Source: Patescibacteria group bacterium
GTDB lineage: Bacteria; Patescibacteriota; Patescibacteriia; PEXW01
Direction: 5' to 3'
Length of the DNA: 64,000 nt
Assembly: GCA_041665345.1 (NCBI GenBank)
Contig: JBAYJA010000001.1
Span: 602,522-666,521, forward strand
Part shown: one piece after another, positions 52,625-60,943 of the stretch
Position numbering within the stretch: the first letter of the stretch is position 1
Layout of the letters: each line of letters opens with the position of its first letter
The notes under the pieces: model-generated
Seen by the model: only the letters and a program-made list of their open reading frames with translations
The model's database searches: none
What the model was told of the DNA's origin: nothing
Program-made: the position numbers and the translations under genes

Positions 52625-53163
52625 TACGCCGCTCCCCCAAAATGACCCTTTTCGTTTGGTCCATTGGCGGCACGCTTCTGCTGGCTGCTCTTGGGTGGAT
52701 GAGCATTGTATACATACCCCAAAAAATTTACTCCGTTTCAGCGGACATTGAGGATGCACGCGTGACCATCGCATTGAATGACCTGCAGCGCCAAAACCTT
52801 TCAACGCTCACCACGCAGTACGCCACTATCCAGGAGCAGTCAGCAAAACTGAGCGGCGCATTCCTGGATCGCACGCAACCCCTGGTCTTCGTTGAGCATA
52901 TGGAAAAACTTGCAACCGAAACCAAGGTTGAGCAAGCTTTCGTTCCAACCGAGCCATCCCGTACCCGACCTGGCGGAAATGCATTTAGCCTCGATGAAAA
53001 GGCCTTCACCCTCAGCGTCACCGGACCCACAGCAAATGTGCTGCTCTTCCTAAGAAAATTTGAAGCTGATCCTGGCTACGCAATTACCACGTCCATTTCC
53101 CTGGCAGAAGTTGAGGCTGGCAATACGTCGCTCCAGCTCGTTGGTACTATCCCCTGGCACTAG
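52621..53163 (+). CDS. PilO-like protein
   Basis: TM, coiled coil, LSVTG...FLRKFE; position after the PilN-like gene. Confidence 0.65.
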   Translation: MIRRSPKMTLFVWSIGGTLLLAALGWMSIVYIPQKIYSVSADIEDARVTIALNDLQRQNLSTLTTQYATIQEQSAKLSGAFLDRTQPLVFVEHMEKLATETKVEQAFVPTEPSRTRPGGNAFSLDEKAFTLSVTGPTANVLLFLRKFEADPGYAITTSISLAEVEAGNTSLQLVGTIPWH

Positions 53164-53164
53164 T

Positions 53165-53464
53165 ATGAAGAAAGTGAACCTGACACAATTTCGCCAACAC
53201 CTGCACCCAGAGCGGATTAGCCTTTGGTTTGGATGGGTGCTGCTCGCCATGCTCATTATTGGCTTAGGGATTACTGGGTGGAAGAACTACAGCACGTGGA
53301 TTCGAACATTAACCGTCAACGAAGTATCAGCCGACGTCCTCTCCCAGAAGCAAGAGCGTATTCGGCTAAAAGAGCTAGAAACCGCCCAAAAAGCCTGGGA
53401 AGCGAAGCAGCAGCTCGCACCCACGCCAGAAAAGGCTATCCAGGTCTTTTCCAATGGGTCTTGA
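53165..53464 (+). CDS. Small single-TM protein closing the pil operon
   Basis: ATG 53165 directly after the PilO-like stop; one TM helix. Confidence 0.65.
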   Translation: MKKVNLTQFRQHLHPERISLWFGWVLLAMLIIGLGITGWKNYSTWIRTLTVNEVSADVLSQKQERIRLKELETAQKAWEAKQQLAPTPEKAIQVFSNGS

Positions 53465-53489
53465 CGGATGCAGCTGTAGACTTTAGAAT
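53461..53489 (+). promoter_or_regulatory. Sigma70 promoter for rpmA
   Basis: TTGACG, 17 bp, TAGAAT. Confidence 0.7.
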
Positions 53490-53523
53490 ACGTTCACACG
53501 TTTTTTCTTGATTAACCCTCTGT

Positions 53524-53808
53524 ATGGCACACGTCAAAGGTGTAGGCACAACTAGTCTCGGGCGCGATTCCCAGTCCAAACGCCTGGGCACCAAAGTCTA
53601 CGCCGGCCAGAAGATCTCTGCTGGCGCAATTATCGTCCGCCAGCGTGGCACCAAAATCCGCCCAGGCAAGAATGTTCGCCGGGGTGGGGATGACACCTTG
53701 TTTGCCATGCTGCCGGGGGTGGTTGCTTTCCGCACGCGCAAAGTCCGCCGCTTCAACGGCAAGTTGCTCCCCGCAACCTTCGCGGACGTTGTTCCGGTAA
53801 AAGTCTAA
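53524..53808 (+). CDS. rpmA: 50S ribosomal protein L27
   Basis: MAHVKG...[25 protein letters not shown]. Confidence 0.98.
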   Translation: MAHVKGVGTTSLGRDSQSKRLGTKVYAGQKISAGAIIVRQRGTKIRPGKNVRRGGDDTLFAMLPGVVAFRTRKVRRFNGKLLPATFADVVPVKV

Positions 53809-53822
53809 AGTAGCTAAAGTGC

Positions 53823-53849
53823 AACCTTAGGGTAACCTAAAGTTTTTTT
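53823..53849 (+). terminator. Intrinsic terminator after rpmA
   Basis: TTAGG-GTAA-CCTAA hairpin followed by T7. Confidence 0.55.
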
Positions 53850-53866
53850 GTTTTTTAACTTAGTGA

Positions 53867-53895
53867 TTGACAAAGAGGTCAGTCTGTGCTAGTTT
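53867..53895 (+). promoter_or_regulatory. Sigma70 promoter of orphan cassette
   Basis: TTGACA, 17 bp, TAGTTT with TGc extension. Confidence 0.65.
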
Positions 53896-53939
53896 CAGGT
53901 GAAAACGAAAAACCACACATAACTCTTTTGGAGGAATAC

Positions 53940-54275
53940 ATGTCCGAATTGAAAAATGTCCAGCAAATTGAGAATGCTGCACAAGTGGTCATTGAAATCC
54001 GCACTGCCAGTGGCTCAATGTACAAGTTCTCGTTACCGGATGCCGACGGGTTTCGCGACATCACTGCAGTGCAACTACATCGGGCAGTTCGATTCCGAGG
54101 AAAAATCCACGGTATCGCAATGAAAAATCCCCCAAAGAAAATTGGGGATGTCCTTGAAGACAAACGTTTCGTAGTTCCTACGAACACCGTGAAAGTCGGC
54201 GATTCGTTGGTCATCTTGCGAGAAGATGGTCAATTCGCCAGTACAACCGAAATAGCCTCAATCTACGAGGCGTAG
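53940..54275 (+). CDS. Hypothetical protein (111 aa; orphan cassette)
   Basis: GGAGG 5 nt before ATG 53940; own promoter and terminator; contains IRTASGSMY and STTEIASI. Confidence 0.7.
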   Translation: MSELKNVQQIENAAQVVIEIRTASGSMYKFSLPDADGFRDITAVQLHRAVRFRGKIHGIAMKNPPKKIGDVLEDKRFVVPTNTVKVGDSLVILREDGQFASTTEIASIYEA

Positions 54276-54296
54276 TGCATCGCCCTGTTAGGCATG

Positions 54297-54326
54297 AAAG
54301 AGCTGGACGTATTCAGCTCTTTTTTT
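54297..54326. terminator. Intrinsic terminator, probably bidirectional
   Basis: AAAGAGCTGGA-CGTA-TTCAGCTCTTT plus T-run between convergent genes. Confidence 0.8.
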
Positions 54327-55967
54327 CTATTCGCCTTTTGCCCGCGCAGCATTTTTGCAGGCACCCAGGAAATCCAGGAACAACGGCTGGGGTTGGATGG
54401 GCCGAGAGGTAAATTCTGGGTGAAACTGAACTCCCACGAACCAGGGGTGATCAGCCACTTCCACTATTTCCACAAGATGACCGTCTGGCGAGGTGCCAGC
54501 GATAATCAGCCCAGCTTTTTCCAACTGCTCGCGGTACGTGTTATTCAATTCAAAACGATGCCGATGTCGCTCCTGCACCTGCGCTGTACCGTATGCCTTC
54601 GCGCTCAGCGTTTTGGGGGTAATTTTGCATGGCCAACTCCCTAAACGCATGGTGGCACCGTAATCTTGGCTGAGCATTTTCTTCTCTTGATCAGGCATAA
54701 TGTGAATCACTGGAACTTTCGCTTCGGGGTCAAACTCGGTGCTCGTGGCTCCGGCTAACCCTGCCACATGCCGTGCAAATTCAATGGTGGCAATCTGCAT
54801 TCCCAAGCACAGCCCAAAGTACGGGACCTTTTTCTCACGTGCATACTGCACCGCGGAAATTTTGCCTTCAATGCCGCGGTTGCCAAATCCGCCTGGAACC
54901 AAGATACCGTGGCTACGTTTGAGCTTCCCCCACTCCTTGGAATCCTTCTCTTCAAGGCCAACAGAATCCACCCAATCCACAACCAATTTGACGCTCTGCG
55001 CGTACGAGGCACTGCGGAGTGCTTCAATGACCGAAAGGTAGGCATCCCCAAGCTCCGTATACTTCCCCACCACGGCAATGTGCACCGTGGGTTTCCCGTT
55101 CCGCGCCCGCTTCACCAGCTCTTTCCAGGGTGCCAGGGCTGGCTTCTTCTTAGGCATGCCAAAGTGAGCAAAAATCGTTTTGGAGATTTGGTACTTTTCC
55201 AAGTGCAAGGGTACTTCATAAATGCTCTTCGCAGTTTGTGCAGGAATGACCGAAGTCAGCGGAACGTTGCAGAAAAGACCCAGCTTCTCCAAATGTTCCT
55301 TGTGGATTGGTTCGTCAGCCCGGGCAATGATCACGTCAGGCTGAATCCCCGCCCGCTGCAATTCCCGAACCGAGGCCTGTGCGGGTTTGGTTTTTAACTC
55401 TCGGGTAGCCTTGAGGAAGGGTAGCAGCGCCACATGAACGAACAGCACCTGGTTCCCAAATTCATTCCGCATTTGTCGGGCGGCTTCCAAAAATGGTTCA
55501 CCTTCAATATCGCCAACCGTCCCCCCAATTTCCATAATCAGCACATCTGGTTGCTGCTCTGCCACCACATCCTGGATAGACTGTTTAATGGCATTGGTTA
55601 TATGCGGTACTATCTGGATGGTTTTCCCCAAATACCTCCCTGCACGCTCTTGGGAAATGACTCGTTGGTACAGTTGGCCGGTGGAAACCGAAGATGAACG
55701 AGAAAGCCGGACATCCAAAAAGCGCTCATAGTGCCCCAAGTCTAAATCCGTCTCCGTGCCATCATCAAGCACAAAAACTTCCCCATGCTGGTAGGGGTTC
55801 ATGGTGCCTGGATCTACGTTCAGGTAGGGGTCAAATTTTATGGAAAAAACCTCCAGCTTACTGGCTTTCAAGATTGCACCAATGGACGCCGCTGCAATCC
55901 CCTTCCCTAAACCAGAGCACACCCCACCCGTGACGAAAATGTAGGAGGTTTTGTGCGCAGCGGTCAT
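54327..55967 (-). CDS. pyrG: CTP synthase
   Basis: FVTGGVCSGLGKG, DPYLNVDPGTM, KTKP, VPGGFG, GLCLGMQ, QFHPEF; start at MTAAHK. Confidence 0.98.
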   Translation of the reverse strand: MTAAHKTSYIFVTGGVCSGLGKGIAAASIGAILKASKLEVFSIKFDPYLNVDPGTMNPYQHGEVFVLDDGTETDLDLGHYERFLDVRLSRSSSVSTGQLYQRVISQERAGRYLGKTIQIVPHITNAIKQSIQDVVAEQQPDVLIMEIGGTVGDIEGEPFLEAARQMRNEFGNQVLFVHVALLPFLKATRELKTKPAQASVRELQRAGIQPDVIIARADEPIHKEHLEKLGLFCNVPLTSVIPAQTAKSIYEVPLHLEKYQISKTIFAHFGMPKKKPALAPWKELVKRARNGKPTVHIAVVGKYTELGDAYLSVIEALRSASYAQSVKLVVDWVDSVGLEEKDSKEWGKLKRSHGILVPGGFGNRGIEGKISAVQYAREKKVPYFGLCLGMQIATIEFARHVAGLAGATSTEFDPEAKVPVIHIMPDQEKKMLSQDYGATMRLGSWPCKITPKTLSAKAYGTAQVQERHRHRFELNNTYREQLEKAGLIIAGTSPDGHLVEIVEVADHPWFVGVQFHPEFTSRPIQPQPLFLDFLGACKNAARAKGE

Positions 55968-56395
55968 ACGGATAGTATAAAGGAAATTGCGGGATGTGTA
56001 TCGGGGCAATGCACTGTGTGCGACCCAGCGGTTTTGAGGGTTGGGATATGCCGCAGCACGCTCTTGGGTATGGGCATACCGCACTGTGTGGCCAGAGCCG
56101 TGGCGATCTGCTTTGGCGTTAGCGCGGCGTACAGTGTGCCTTGCGCATTTGCTTTTGCAGGGATGCTGAATGTCTTGCCGTGAAGCAACCCCAGCACGGC
56201 CTCGGCTTGCTGTGCCGCCTGGACTTTGGTGTGCTGCTCACGTTGCACGCGTGCCGCATGGGCTGCCAAATGATCTGCCGTTGCCGGCTGTGCAACGTTA
56301 CGAGGGAAGAGGAAATTCCTTGCGTAGCCTTCGGCCACCTCAGCGATGTCCCCAGATTTGTGCGACTGCAGCGCTTTGGTGAAAATCACTTTCAT
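55964..56395 (-). CDS. rplI: 50S ribosomal protein L9
   Basis: MKVIF...GDIAEVAEGYARNFLFP, GTLYAA. Confidence 0.93.
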   Translation of the reverse strand: MKVIFTKALQSHKSGDIAEVAEGYARNFLFPRNVAQPATADHLAAHAARVQREQHTKVQAAQQAEAVLGLLHGKTFSIPAKANAQGTLYAALTPKQIATALATQCGMPIPKSVLRHIPTLKTAGSHTVHCPDTHPAISFILSV

Positions 56396-57636
56396 GGCTT
56401 TTCTGACAAGATTTTCACTGCCCGATCCAGCTGCGCATCAGCGCCACTTGCTGCTTTTTCAGGGATTTCCACCACGACATCCGGGACAATGCCCGCCTTA
56501 TCAATGGTTCGACCCAAAGGGGTATACCAGCGAGCAATGGTTAACTTCAACTGTGAACCATCTGGCAACGTTTCCAGGGTCTGCACGCTTCCCTTGCCAA
56601 AGGTCTTTGTCCCAACCACGGTTGCGCGCTTGGCGTCTTGCAGGGCGCCGGCCACAATTTCTGAGGCTGAGGCGCTGCCCCCATTCACCAAGATCACCAT
56701 GGGTGTATCCCCAAAACGGGCACTGCGGGTAGAACGTTCCACCTGCTCTTCCCCTTTGGCATCACGCTCCCGAACCACCACTTCCTTCCCAATGAACTCA
56801 CCAGTAACCTCAATGGCAGCGTCCAGCAGGCCACCGGGATTGCTCCGGACATCCAGAATGATACCCGCAGGTGGCTTCAGTAAGATATCCTGAATTGCGG
56901 CATCTAATTCTGGTAGGGTCTGATCGTTAAAACTGACCAAACGAATGTATGCAAGATTGGGCTCCAGCCGCTTGGTGATGACTGTATCCAAGGTAATTTT
57001 CTCTCGGGTAACGGTAAACGTTTTTTCTGCATCATTGCGAACGACAATGATAACCACTTTTGTCCCAGCTTTCCCACGAATACGCTGCACAGCTTCGTCA
57101 AGGCTCAAAGCGGTAACATCCTGACCATCAATACTTACCAGCAAATCACCTGGCTGTAAGCCGGCACGTTCGGCCGGAGAATTTGGAAGTGGCGCAATTA
57201 TGGCGAGATTCTTCTCTTTAAAACCAATTTCCGCGCCAATACCTTCAATGCTCAGGTTCAAATCCGCTGCAAACTGCTTGGCCTCAGTTGGGGTGAAAAA
57301 TGATGAGTATGGATCACCCAGACTGTCGACAATCCCAGACAGCGCACCGTAGAAAAGCGCAGACTGATCCACTGGCTGCTGAACGTAGCTTTGCTGAATG
57401 CTCTCCAGGGTTTTATCAAGCACTGCCTGGTTTGCCGGTTGCACGCCCAGCCGTTCCTGCAAGGCCGAAACGCCGGTCTTTCCACCAAAGCTCTGCATCG
57501 CTGAACCATACCCACTCACAAAACCCGTAAGGAGTAACGCCAAAACAAGGAAAACCCAAAAACCCGCTCGCCGACGGCGTGGGGTGGGTAACGGAAATTG
57601 GACGGGTGTCTCAGTCATTTCGGGTAATGGTTGCAC
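56392..57636 (-). CDS. S41 carboxy-terminal protease (CtpA-like) with PDZ domain; start may be 57618
   Basis: LGDPYS, EGIGAEI, LDVRSNPGG, SASASEIVAGALQD, TFGKGSVQ. Confidence 0.95.
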   Translation of the reverse strand: MQPLPEMTETPVQFPLPTPRRRRAGFWVFLVLALLLTGFVSGYGSAMQSFGGKTGVSALQERLGVQPANQAVLDKTLESIQQSYVQQPVDQSALFYGALSGIVDSLGDPYSSFFTPTEAKQFAADLNLSIEGIGAEIGFKEKNLAIIAPLPNSPAERAGLQPGDLLVSIDGQDVTALSLDEAVQRIRGKAGTKVVIIVVRNDAEKTFTVTREKITLDTVITKRLEPNLAYIRLVSFNDQTLPELDAAIQDILLKPPAGIILDVRSNPGGLLDAAIEVTGEFIGKEVVVRERDAKGEEQVERSTRSARFGDTPMVILVNGGSASASEIVAGALQDAKRATVVGTKTFGKGSVQTLETLPDGSQLKLTIARWYTPLGRTIDKAGIVPDVVVEIPEKAASGADAQLDRAVKILSEKP

Positions 57637-58903
57637 CTAATTGGCGGAGGCGAGCTTCAAGTTGGACGTACCCTCGATCAAGATGTTCTATCCCATTCAC
57701 TGTGGATGTCCCTTGGGCAATGAGTGCTGCTATAACATGGGCAATACCTGCACGGATGTCAGGGATTTCCAATGTTGCTGCGTGCAGCGGGGTTGAACCG
57801 GTAATTGTGGCGTAGTGCTGTGCGTGGCGACCGGCAAAGCGACACTCTGCGACTGGGCATTCAGCAGAAACTCCAATATCTGCACCCATATTGCACAAGT
57901 CCCGGGTATAACCAAAACGATCTTCGTAAATGGTTTCGTGCACATGGGAAACGCCTTCCGCTTGCGTCAAGACGGTTACCATTGGCTGCTGCCAATCAGT
58001 CATGAAGCCTGGGTGGGTATCGGTAGTAATGGACACGGGTTGCAGTGCACCTTGGCGCCAGAAGCGAATCCCATCTGGCTGCACCTCGTAGTGCGCGCCG
58101 ATTTTGCGAACGACATTAAGGAAGCTTATCAAATGCTGGTGCTCTGCGCCTTCAATGAAAATATCCCCGCCCGTACCAATAGCTGCGGCAGCAAACGACA
58201 CAACTTCATTCCGATCCGTCAGCACCCGGTGCGTGGCACCATGGAGCTTCTGCACCCCGTCTATTTCAATCACCCGGTCTGCACCCAGGTGGATAATCGC
58301 TCCCATTTTTTGGAGAAACATGACCAGCTCGGTAATCTCTGGTTCCACCGCTGCATTTTCCAAACGCGTATGCCCATTTGCGCAAACTGAGGCGAACAGC
58401 ACAGTCTCCGTTGCGCCAACCGAGGGAAATGGCAAACGAAAGGTCGCCCCATGTAAACGCGAAGCATCAGCAATGTATGCGGTGTCAGTCTGTTCCACCT
58501 TTGCGCCCATGTCCCGTAAGGCAGTCAGGTGGAAGTCAACTGGACGCGGGCCAATTTTATCTCCACCCAACACCGGAACTTCGGCATGTCCACCCCGGTG
58601 CAGCAGTGGGGCAATGGCTAAAATGGGAATCCGGTTCTTCCGGCTCAAGGCCCGCACCTCGGCATTTTTGATGGTTGGGGTGTGGACGTGCAGGGTATTC
58701 CCTTCCCACTCAACCTGCGCCCCAATGCCCTGCAGCAGCTCAGCCGTAATGTCCGTGTCCCCCAGTTGCGGGCAATTTTCAATCCGACATGGCTCATCGG
58801 TCAACAGCGTTGCCACCATAAGTTTGGTTGCAGCGTTCTTGGCTCCGGCCACACGGGTTCGACCGGTGAGAGGAGTCCCGCCGGTAATGCGAAAGGAAGG
58901 CAT
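57611..58903 (-). CDS. murA: UDP-N-acetylglucosamine 1-carboxyvinyltransferase (Asp115 type)
   Basis: GAKNA, GGDKIGPRPVDFHL, SVGATE, NAAVEPEI, PGFMTDWQ, DIRAG, LDRGY. Confidence 0.97.
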   Translation of the reverse strand: MPSFRITGGTPLTGRTRVAGAKNAATKLMVATLLTDEPCRIENCPQLGDTDITAELLQGIGAQVEWEGNTLHVHTPTIKNAEVRALSRKNRIPILAIAPLLHRGGHAEVPVLGGDKIGPRPVDFHLTALRDMGAKVEQTDTAYIADASRLHGATFRLPFPSVGATETVLFASVCANGHTRLENAAVEPEITELVMFLQKMGAIIHLGADRVIEIDGVQKLHGATHRVLTDRNEVVSFAAAAIGTGGDIFIEGAEHQHLISFLNVVRKIGAHYEVQPDGIRFWRQGALQPVSITTDTHPGFMTDWQQPMVTVLTQAEGVSHVHETIYEDRFGYTRDLCNMGADIGVSAECPVAECRFAGRHAQHYATITGSTPLHAATLEIPDIRAGIAHVIAALIAQGTSTVNGIEHLDRGYVQLEARLRQLGATITRND

Positions 58904-58955
58904 ATCCCTGTGAGTATACCGAAAGTTTTTGCAATGTGCTACCCCACAGATATAG

Positions 58956-58995
58956 AAAAACCCCGGTCTTCCAAAGTGTGGAAGATCCGGGATTT
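58956..58995 (-). terminator. Long hairpin / intrinsic terminator after the 169-aa ORF
   Basis: CCCGGTCTTCCA-AAGTG-TGGAAGATCCGGG with T5 on the minus strand. Confidence 0.75.
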
Positions 58996-59027
58996 CGTAC
59001 TACGTAAAATAAAGGGCTGATACCTGC

Positions 59028-59537
59028 CTACAATGAAACTTCATCGAGCAGACCCGCGGGATAACTAGCATCCCAGCCGTGGACGTCGATCAAATAGCAG
59101 CGCTCCCAGCGCCAGGAACCGTCACTGTCCTGGTCCAGACAGAGGACGCTGCGGTGACCGGCCGGATCCTGCAGAATCGTGTTCCAGCACGAGAGGGATT
59201 TGATGCCCTTTGTCTTGTTAAGCCAACGGAGGGTAACTCGACCCTCTTCCTCATACAGCGCCCGACCGTCTGCCGCACCCAGCTGAGGCTTACAATCAGC
59301 TGCGCTCGCCTTAATGCGATGGAGGTGCTCGTCAGCGGTAATCCAGCGCTCCCCTGGCTGAAGGTAAACCTTGGTGATAATCTTGGTGGCATCCAGGATA
59401 CTGTCCGTGCGTGGGTGCAGAACCTCAATTACCTTCCAGCCTACCCCGAGGAACTTTTCTGGGTCAAAAGGCTTGAGTGGGAGAAAGTAGGGCTGAGTAG
59501 TGGGCAGGCCATCTTCAACAATTTTCTTCGTACTCAT
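59028..59537 (-). CDS. Hypothetical protein with DGR-target-like (CLec-like) C-terminus (orphan cassette)
   Basis: AAGGAG SD; ends DPAGHRSVLCL...GSWRW...W...PAGLL. Confidence 0.7.
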   Translation of the reverse strand: MSTKKIVEDGLPTTQPYFLPLKPFDPEKFLGVGWKVIEVLHPRTDSILDATKIITKVYLQPGERWITADEHLHRIKASAADCKPQLGAADGRALYEEEGRVTLRWLNKTKGIKSLSCWNTILQDPAGHRSVLCLDQDSDGSWRWERCYLIDVHGWDASYPAGLLDEVSL

Positions 59538-59601
59538 GGGTAACTCCTTATTTCAAACTTCTGTTTTTTTAAGTTTTAAGAGACATGATAGAGAACGTCC
59601 A

Positions 59602-59629
59602 AGTATACAGAAAAGGTCGAAAAAGTCAA
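59602..59629 (-). promoter_or_regulatory. Sigma70 promoter
   Basis: Minus strand TTGACT, 16 bp, TATACT. Confidence 0.6.
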
Positions 59630-59660
59630 TAGCAACCTTCGAATATGCTATGCTGCGAAT

Positions 59661-60938
59661 ATGCGGTTACTCCACCGTCGTCTCCTTGCCTTGACCTTCA
59701 TCTGCCTGTTTCTGGTCTGCGCCCCTTTGGCCGTGGCCTACAGCCGTGGGTTTCGTTTTGATCCAAAATCTTTAGACTTTTACAAAACCGGAGCAATTGT
59801 CCTTAGCGGCAAACCCAAGTCTGTCCTCATTCAAGTCAATGCTGAGCCCGGGCGGACAAAATCCCTGCCGACGTCTATCCGGAATTTGCGTCCTGGTACG
59901 TACCAGCTCAGTCTTTCAGCTCCGGGATATGAACCGTGGCAGCAGGAAGTTCGGGTTCGTGATGGTGAAGCAACCATCCTTGACCCGGTGCAGCTGTTCC
60001 GAACACCTGCATTCGAAACTGTTCGCACAGCAATTGGCGCTGGAGCGAAGTTTGCCCCCCAGGGTGGAAGTGTGGCGTGGCGGCAGGGTTCGACACTGAC
60101 AATTACAACGCCAACCACACTGGTCACCTGTACGAGCATTCCCGAAGGACAAACGTTTGTATGGGATAGCCAGGGACAGAGACTGGTGGTTTTGGGGAAA
60201 GACGATACTGTGCTTGGCACCTGCTCACGCCAAGGGGTATGGAAACAAATCCCCGTTCCACCCGCTGCTGTGCGCTTTGCGAGCGCAGATGGTGACACAC
60301 TCCTTGCAACCACGCCAACCGGCCTAGCGCTGCTGCGTGGGAACACCTGGGTTACCGCAACAGTAAAAAACCTGAAGCAAGCGGTCTTGAACAATGGAAA
60401 AAGTTTTTCCCTGGTCCAAACCCCAACCGGTTTTGCTCTGCTTCGGCTGAATGACCAACTGAAAACCATGAGCACGCAGGAACTACCAGCGAGCATCAAA
60501 ACCCCCAAACTCTTTGGGGATCACCAAGTGCTGTGGATTAGCGATGCAACTTCAAACTCTTCACTCTGGATCCGGGGTGAGCAGGCATCCGACGTCCTGA
60601 CGCTGCCATTGCTGGCGCATACTGCCCAACGCATTCCGGGCACGGCTGATGTACTTTTCATCAATGCGTTTTCCGCGATGATTGGGAAGGCAGATGGTGC
60701 AAGTACCACGGCTTCCCGCTGGATTACCCCAGTCTTTGGCGTGACGCATCTGGGCAGGGAAACGGTAAGCATTGCGCGGGCTGACCGATTGCTCATCCGG
60801 CACATTCCACACAACACCGTGCTGGATATCCCCTTGGAAAAAGGTGTGGCTGTGAGCCAAACTTCAACTGAGGGTGTACTTGAGTTTCTACTGGAGGACG
60901 GCAAAATTCTCCGCTGGGTACAGCTCCAGGTTTTCTAA
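59661..60938 (+). CDS. PEGA-domain membrane-anchored protein with probable beta-propeller C-terminus
   Basis: TM-YSRGFRFD...KTGAIVL...P, NLRPGTYQL...GYEPWQ. Confidence 0.8.
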   Translation: MRLLHRRLLALTFICLFLVCAPLAVAYSRGFRFDPKSLDFYKTGAIVLSGKPKSVLIQVNAEPGRTKSLPTSIRNLRPGTYQLSLSAPGYEPWQQEVRVRDGEATILDPVQLFRTPAFETVRTAIGAGAKFAPQGGSVAWRQGSTLTITTPTTLVTCTSIPEGQTFVWDSQGQRLVVLGKDDTVLGTCSRQGVWKQIPVPPAAVRFASADGDTLLATTPTGLALLRGNTWVTATVKNLKQAVLNNGKSFSLVQTPTGFALLRLNDQLKTMSTQELPASIKTPKLFGDHQVLWISDATSNSSLWIRGEQASDVLTLPLLAHTAQRIPGTADVLFINAFSAMIGKADGASTTASRWITPVFGVTHLGRETVSIARADRLLIRHIPHNTVLDIPLEKGVAVSQTSTEGVLEFLLEDGKILRWVQLQVF

Positions 60939-60943
60939 AAAGC

